Shown here one piece after another: positions 54,001-64,000 of a stretch of DNA of 64,000 nucleotides; position 1 is the first letter of the stretch, and each line of letters starts with the position of its first letter. The stretch covers positions 221,402,001 through 221,466,000 of the forward strand of contig OZ024741.1 in the NCBI GenBank assembly GCA_964016885.1, given 5' to 3'. This DNA comes from Eledone cirrhosa (lineage: Eukaryota). Below the pieces are notes generated by a model that was not told where the DNA came from, searched no databases, and saw nothing but the letters and a program-made list of their open reading frames with translations. The translations under genes and the position numbers were made by a program.

Positions 54001-57000
54001 CAATATATTACAGTAACAGATACAATATATTACAGTGACAGATACAATATATTACAGTGACAGTGACAGATACAATATATTACAGTGACAGATACAATAT
54101 ATTACAGTGACAGATACAATATATTACAGTAACAGATACAATATATTACAGTGACAGATACAATATATTACAGTGACAGATACAATATATTACAGTGACA
54201 GATACAATATATTACAGTGACAGTGACAGATACAATATATTACAGTGACAGATACAATATATTACAGTGACAGATACAATATATTACAGTAACAGATACA
54301 ATATATTACAGTGACAGATACAATATATTACAGTGACAGATACAATATATTACAGTGCCAGATACAATATATTACAGTGACAGTGACAGATACAATATAT
54401 TACAGTGACAAATACAATATATTACAGTGACAGATACAATATATTACAGTGACAGATACAATATATTACAGTGACAGATACAATATATTACAGTGACAGA
54501 TACAATATATTACAGTGACAGATACAATATATTACAGTGACAGTGACAGATACAATATATTACAGTGACAGATACAATATATTACAGTGACAGATACAAT
54601 ATATTACAGTAACAGATACAATATATTACAGTGACAGATACAATATATTACAGTGACAGATACAATGTATTACAGTGACAGATACAATATATTACAGTGA
54701 CAGTGACAGATACAATATATTACAGTGACAGATACAATGTATTACAGTGACAGATACAATATATTACAGTAACAGATACAATATATTACAGTGACAGATA
54801 CAATATATTACAGTGACAGATACAATATATTACAGTGACAGATACAATATATTACAGTGACAGATACAATATATTACAGTGACAGATACAATATATTACA
54901 GTAACAGATACAATATATTACAGTGACAGATACAATATATTACAGTGACAGATACAATATATTACAGTGACAGATACGATATATTACAGTGACAGATACA
55001 ATATATTACAGTGACAGATACAATATATTACAGTAACAGATACAATATATTACAGTGACAGATACGATATATTACAGTGACAGATACAATATATTACAGT
55101 AACAGATACAATATATTACAGTGACAGTGACAGATACAATATATTACAGTAACAGATACAATATATTACAGTGACAGATACGATATATTACAGTGACAGA
55201 TACAATATATTACAGTGACAGATACAATATATTACAGTAACAGATACAATATATTACAGGGACAGATCAATATATTATAGTGACAGATACAATATATTAC
55301 AGTGACAGTGACGGATACAATATATTACAGTGACAGTGACGGATAAAATATATTACTGTGACAGATGCAATATATTACAGTGACAGATACAATATATTAC
55401 AGTGACAGATACAATATATTACAGTGACAGATACAGTATATTACAGTGACAGATACAATATATTACAGTGACAGATACAATATATTACAGTGACAGATAC
55501 AATAAATTACAGTGACAGATACAATATATTACAGTGAGAGATACAATATATTACAGTGTCAGATACAATATGTTACAGTGACAGATACAATATATTACAG
55601 TGACAGATACAATATATTACAGTGACAGTGACAGATACAATATATTACAGTGACAGATACAATATATTACAGTGACAGATACAATATATTACAGTAACAG
55701 ATACAATATATTAAAATGACAGATACAATATATTAGAGTGACAGATACAATATATTACAGTAACAGATACAATATATTACAGTGACAGATACAGTATATT
55801 ACAGTGACAGATACAATATATTACAGTGACAGATACAATATATTCCAGTGACAGATACAATATATTACAGTGACAGATACAATATATTACAGAGACAGAT
55901 ACAATATGTTACAGTGACAGATACAATATATTACAGTGACAGATACAATATATTACAGTAACAGATACAATATATTACAGTGACAGATACAATATATTAC
56001 AGTGACAGATACAATATATTACAATGACAGATACAATATATTACAGTGACAGATACAATATATTACAGTGACAGATACAATATATTACAGTGACAGTGAC
56101 AGATACAATATATTACAGTGACAGATACAATATATTACAGTAACAGATACAATATATTACAGTGACATATACAATATATTACAGTGACAGATACAATAAA
56201 TTACAGTGACAGATACAATATATTACAGTGACAGATACAATATATTACAGTGACAGATACAATATATTACAGTGACAGATACAATATATTACAGTGACAG
56301 ATACAATATATTACAGTGACAGATACAATATATTACAGTGACAGTGACAGATACAATATATTACAGTGACAGATACAATATATTACAGTGACAGATACAA
56401 TATATTACAGTAACAGATACAATATATTACAGTAACAGATACAATATATTACAGTGACAGATACAATATATTACAGTGACAGATACAATATATTACAGTG
56501 ACAGTGACAGATAAAATATATTACAGTGACAGTGACAGATACAATATATTACAGTGACAGATACAATATATTACAGTGTCAGATACAATATATTACAGTG
56601 TCAGATACAATATATTACAGTGACAGATACAATATATTACAGTGACAGATACAATATATTACAGTGACAGATACAATATATTACAGTAACAGATACAATA
56701 TATTACAGTGACAGATACAGTATATTACAGTGACAGATACAACATATTACAGTGAAAGATACAATAAATTACAGTGACAGATACAATATATTACAGTGAC
56801 AGATACAATATATTACAGAGACAGATACAATATATTACAGTGACAGATACAATATATTACAGTGACAGATACAATATATTACAGTGACAGTGACAGATAC
56901 AATATATTACAGTGACAGATACAATATATTACAGTGACAGATACAATATATTACAGTGACAGATACAATATATTACAGTAACAGATACAATATATTACAG

Positions 57001-60000
57001 TGACAGATACAATATATTACAGTGACAGATACAATATATTACAGTGACAGATACGATATATTACAGTGACAGATACAATATATTACAGTGACAGATACAA
57101 TATATTACAGTAACAGATACAATATATTACAGTGACAGATACGATATATTACAGTGACAGATACAATATATTACAGTAACAGATACAATATATTACAGTG
57201 ACAGTGACAGATACAATATATTACAGTAACAGATACAATATATTACAGTGACAGATACGATATATTACAGTGACAGATACAATATATTACAGTGACAGAT
57301 ACAATATATTACAGTAACAGATACAATATATTACAGGGACAGATCAATATATTATAGTGACAGATACAATATATTACAGTGACAGTGACGGATACAATAT
57401 ATTACAGTGACAGTGACGGATAAAATATATTACTGTGACAGATGCAATATATTACAGTGACAGATACAATATATTACAGTGACAGATACAATATATTACA
57501 GTGACAGATACAGTATATTACAGTGACAGATACAATATATTACAGTGACAGATACAATATATTACAGTGACAGATACAATAAATTACAGTGACAGATACA
57601 ATATATTACAGTGAGAGATACAATATATTACAGTGTCAGATACAATATGTTACAGTGACAGATACAATATATTACAGTGACAGATACAATATATTACAGT
57701 GACAGTGACAGATACAATATATTACAGTGACAGATACAATATATTACAGTGACAGATACAATATATTACAGTAACAGATACAATATATTAAAATGACAGA
57801 TACAATATATTAGAGTGACAGATACAATATATTACAGTAACAGATACAATATATTACAGTGACAGATACAGTATATTACAGTGACAGATACAATATATTA
57901 CAGTGACAGATACAATATATTCCAGTGACAGATACAATATATTACAGTGACAGATACAATATATTACAGAGACAGATACAATATGTTACAGTGACAGATA
58001 CAATATATTACAGTGACAGATACAATATATTACAGTAACAGATACAATATATTACAGTGACAGATACAATATATTACAGTGACAGATACAATATATTACA
58101 ATGACAGATACAATATATTACAGTGACAGATACAATATATTACAGTGACAGATACAATATATTACAGTGACAGTGACAGATACAATATATTACAGTGACA
58201 GATACAATATATTACAGTAACAGATACAATATATTACAGTGACATATACAATATATTACAGTGACAGATACAATAAATTACAGTGACAGATACAATATAT
58301 TACAGTGACAGATACAATATATTACAGTGACAGATACAATATATTACAGTGACAGATACAATATATTACAGTGACAGATACAATATATTACAGTGACAGA
58401 TACAATATATTACAGTGACAGTGACAGATACAATATATTACAGTGACAGATACAATATATTACAGTGACAGATACAATATATTACAGTAACAGATACAAT
58501 ATATTACAGTAACAGATACAATATATTACAGTGACAGATACAATATATTACAGTGACAGATACAATATATTACAGTGACAGTGACAGATAAAATATATTA
58601 CAGTGACAGTGACAGATACAATATATTACAGTGACAGATACAATATATTACAGTGTCAGATACAATATATTACAGTGTCAGATACAATATATTACAGTGA
58701 CAGATACAATATATTACAGTGACAGATACAATATATTACAGTGACAGATACAATATATTACAGTAACAGATACAATATATTACAGTGACAGATACAGTAT
58801 ATTACAGTGACAGATACAACATATTACAGTGAAAGATACAATAAATTACAGTGACAGATACAATATATTACAGTGACAGATACAATATATTACAGAGACA
58901 GATACAATATATTACAGTGACAGATACAATATATTACAGTGACAGATACAATATATTACAGTGACAGTGACAGATACAATATATTACAGTGACAGATACA
59001 ATATATTACAGTAACAGATACAATATATTACAGTGACATATACAATATATTACAGTGACAGATACAATAAATTACAGTGACAGATACAATATATTACAGT
59101 AACAGATACAATATATTACAGTGACAGATACAATATATTACAGTGACAGATACAATATATTACAGTGCCAGATACAATATATTACAGTGACAGTGACAGA
59201 TACAATATATTACAGTGACAAATACAATATATTACAGTGACAGATACAATATATTACAGTGACAGATACAATATAATACAGTGACAGATACAATATATTA
59301 CAGTGACAGATACAATATATTACAGTGACAGATACAATATATTACAGTGACAGTGCCAGATACAATATATTACAGTGACAGATACAATATATTACAGTGA
59401 CAGATACAATATATTACAGTAACAGATACAATATATTACAGTGACAGATACAATATATTACAGTGACAGATACAATGTATTACAGTGACAGATACAATAT
59501 ATTACAGTGACAGTGACAGATACAATATATTACAGTGACAGATACAATATATTACAGTGACAGATACAATATATTACAGTAACAGATACAATATATTACA
59601 GTGACAGATACAATATATTACAGTGACAGATACAATATATTACAGTGACAGATACAATATATTACAGTGACAGATACAATATATTACAGTGACAGATACA
59701 ATATATTACAGTAACAGATACAATATATTACAGTGACAGATACAATATATTACAGTGACAGATACAATATATTACAGTGACAGATACGATATATTACAGT
59801 GACAGATACAATATATTACAGTGACAGATACAATATATTACAGTAACAGATACAATATATTACAGTGACAGATACGATATATTACAGTGACAGATACAAT
59901 ATATTACAGTAACAGATACAATATATTACAGTGACAGTGACAGATACAATATATTACAGTAACAGATACAATATATTACAGTGACAGATACGATATATTA

Positions 60001-63000
60001 CAGTGACAGATACAATATATTACAGTGACAGATACAATATATTACAGTAACAGATACAATATATTACAGGGACAGATCAATATATTATAGTGACAGATAC
60101 AATATATTACAGTGACAGTGACGGATACAATATATTACAGTGACAGTGACGGATAAAATATATTACTGTGACAGATGCAATATATTACAGTGACAGATAC
60201 AATATATTACAGTGACAGATACAATATATTACAGTGACAGATACTGTATATTACAGTGACAGATACAATATATTACAGTGACAGATACAATATATTACAG
60301 TGACAGATACAATAAATTACAGTGACAGATACAATATATTACAGTGAGAGATACAATATATTACAGTGTCAGAAACAATATGTTACAGTGACAGATACAA
60401 TATATTACAGTGACAGATACAATATATTACAGTGACAGTGACAGATACAATATATTACAGTGACAGATACAATATATTACAGTGACAGATACAATATATT
60501 ACAGTAACAGATACAATATATTAAAATGACAGATACAATATATTAGAGTGACAGATACAATATATTACAGTAACAGATACAATATATTACAGTGACAGAT
60601 ACAGTATATTACAGTGACAGATACAATATATTACAGTGACAGATACAATATATTCCAGTGACAGATACAATATATTACAGTGACAGATACAATATATTAC
60701 AGAGACAGATACAATATGTTACAATGACAGATACAATATATTACAGTGACAGATACAATATATTACAGTAACAGATACAATATATTACAGTGACAGATAC
60801 AATATATTACAGTGACAGATACAATATATTACAATGACAGATACAATATATTACAGTGACAGATACAATATATTACAGTGACAGATACAATATATTACAG
60901 TGACAGTGACAGATACAATATATTACAGTGACAGATACAATATATTACAGTAACAGATACAATATATTACAGTGACATATACAATATATTACAGTGACAG
61001 ATACAATAAATTACAGTGACAGATACAATATATTACAGTGACAGATACAATATATTACAGTGACAGATACAATATATTACAGTGACAGATACAATATATT
61101 ACAGTGACAGATACAATATATTACAGTGACAGATACAATATATTACAGTGACAGTGACAGATACAATATATTACAGTGACAGATACAATATATTACAGTG
61201 ACAGATACAATATATTACAGTAACAGATACAATATATTACAGTAACAGATACAATATATTACAGTGACAGATACAATATATTACAGTGACAGATACAATA
61301 TATTACAGTGACAGTGACAGATAAAATATATTACAGTGACAGTGACAGATACAATATATTACAGTGACAGATACAATATATTACAGTGTCAGATACAATA
61401 TATTACAGTGTCAGATACAATATATTACAGTGACAGATACAATATATTACAGTGACAGATACAATATATTACAGTGACAGATACAATATATTACAGTAAG
61501 AGATACAATATATTACAGTGACAGATACAGTATATTACAGTGACAGATACAACATATTACAGTGAAAGATACAATAAATTACAGTGACAGATACAATATA
61601 TTACAGTGACAGATACAATATATTACAGAGACAGATACAATATATTACAGTGACAGATACAATATATTACAGTGACAGATACAATATATTACAGTGACAG
61701 TGACAGATACAATATATTACAGTGACAGATACAATATATTACAGTAACAGATACAATATATTACAGTGACATATACAATATATTACAGTGACAGATACAA
61801 TAAATTACAGTGACAGATACAATATATTACAGTGACAGATACAATATATTACAGTGACAGATACAATATATTACAGTGACAGATACAATATATTACAGTG
61901 ACAGTGACAGATACAATATATTACAGTGACAGATACAATATATTACAGTGACAGATACAATATATTACAGTAACAGATACAATATATTACAGTAACAGAT
62001 ACAATATATTACAGTGACAGATACAATATATTACAGTGACAGTGACAGTTACAATATATTACAGTGACAGATACAATATATTACAGTGACAGATACAATA
62101 TATTACAGTAACAGATACAATATATTACAGTGACAGATACAATATATTACAGTGACAGATACAATACATTACAGTGACAGATACAATATATTACAGTGAC
62201 AGTGACAGATACAATATATTACAGTGACAGATACAATATATTACAGTGACAGATACAATATATTACAGTAACAGATACAATATATTACAGTGACAGATAC
62301 AATATATTACAGTGACAGATACAATGTATTACAGTGCCAGATACAATATATTACAGTGACATTGACAGATACAATATATTACAGTGACAAATACAATATA
62401 TTACAGTGACAGATACAATATATTACAGTGACAGATACAATATATTACAGTGACAGATACAATATATTCCAGTGACAGATACAATATATTACAGTGACAG
62501 ATACAATATATTACAGTGACAGTGACAGATACAATATATTACAGTGACAGATACAATATATTACAGTGACAGATACAATATATTACACTAACAGATACAA
62601 TATATTACAGTGACAGATACAATATATTACAGTGACAGATACAATATATTACAGTGACAGATACAATATATTACAGTGACAGTGACAGATACAATATATT
62701 ACAGTGACAGATACAATATATTACAGTGACAGATACAATATATTACAGTAACAGATACAATATATTACAGTGACAGATACAATATATTACAGTGACAGAT
62801 ACAATATATTACAGTGACAGATACAATATATTACAGTGACAGATACAATATATTACAGTGACAGATACAATATATTACAGTAACAGATACAATATATTAC
62901 AGTGACAAATACAATATATTACAGTGACAGAAACAATATATTACAGTGACAGATACGATATATTACAGTGACAGATACAATATATTACAGTGACAGATAC

Positions 63001-64000
63001 AATATATTACAGTAACAGATACAATATATTACAGTGACAGATACGATATATTACAGTGACAGATACAATATATTACAGTGACAGATACAATATATTACAG
63101 TGACAGTGACAGATACAATATATTACAGTAACAGATACAATATATTACAGTGACAGATACGATATATTACAGTGACAGATACAATATATTACAGTGACAG
63201 ATACAATATATTACAGTAACAGATACAATATATTACAGGGACAGATCAATATATTATAGTGACAGATACAATATATTACAGTGACAGTGACGGATACAAT
63301 ATATTACAGTGACAGTGACGGATACAATATATTACTGTGACAGATGCAATATATTACAGTGACAGATACAATATATTACAGTGACAGATACAATATATTA
63401 CAGTGACAGATACAGTATATTACAGTGACAGATACAATATATTACAGTGACAGATACAATATATTACAGTGACAGATACAATAAATTACAGTGACAGATA
63501 CAATATATTACAGTGAGAGATACAATATATTACAGTGTCAGATACAATATGTTACAGTGACAGATACAATATATTACAGTGACAGATACAATATATTACA
63601 GTGACAGTGACAGATACAATATATTACAGTGACAGATACAATATATTACAGTGACAGATACAATATATTACAGTGACAGATACAATATATTACAGTGACA
63701 GATACAATATATTACAATAACAGTGACAGATACAATATATTACAGTGACAGGTAAAATGTGTTACAGTGACAGATACAATATATTACAGTGACAGATACA
63801 ATATATTACAGTGACAGATACAATATATTACAGTAACAGATACAATATATTACAATGACAGATACAATATATTAGAGTGACAGATACAATATATTACAGT
63901 AACAGATACAATATATTACAGTGACAGATACAGTATATTACAGTGACAGATACAATATATTACAGTGACAGATACAATATATTCCAGTGACAGATACAAT
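33055..64000. repeat. 22-bp satellite array (acagtgacagatacaatatatt)n, at least 30.9 kb, roughly 1,400 units, with 28-bp variants carrying an extra acagtg; runs off the right edge
   Basis: 22-bp period read directly (acagtg at 33305, 33327); no interruptions seen. Confidence 0.98.

Overview
Eukaryotic, AT-rich, repeat-saturated DNA; the SINE and LINE families look like those of Octopus (inference). The only host coding sequence found is one 161-nt exon (31615-31775, +) from the RhoGAP domain of a SYD-1/RhoGAP100F/SYDE-type gene, so the rest is probably intron. The left half is a mosaic of micro- and minisatellites, RTE and CR1 LINE fragments, tRNA-derived SINEs, an internally deleted mariner, and a near full-length Penelope-like element (RT + GIY-YIG in one frame with a single TAG, inverted hammerhead-bearing terminal repeats). 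The right half (33055-64000) is an uninterrupted ~31 kb array of a 22-bp satellite with kb-scale higher-order structure. The most notable signal is seven type-I hammerhead ribozyme motifs from six unrelated sequence contexts within ~19 kb. They include one with a large branched insertion in stem II, two tiny fold-back elements whose inversion junctions fall in stem II, and one embedded in a GC-rich module (octamer/TATA-like upstream, CTCF-like motif downstream) joined to an RTE-type tail. All alignments and folds were done by eye; repeat boundaries are approximate.
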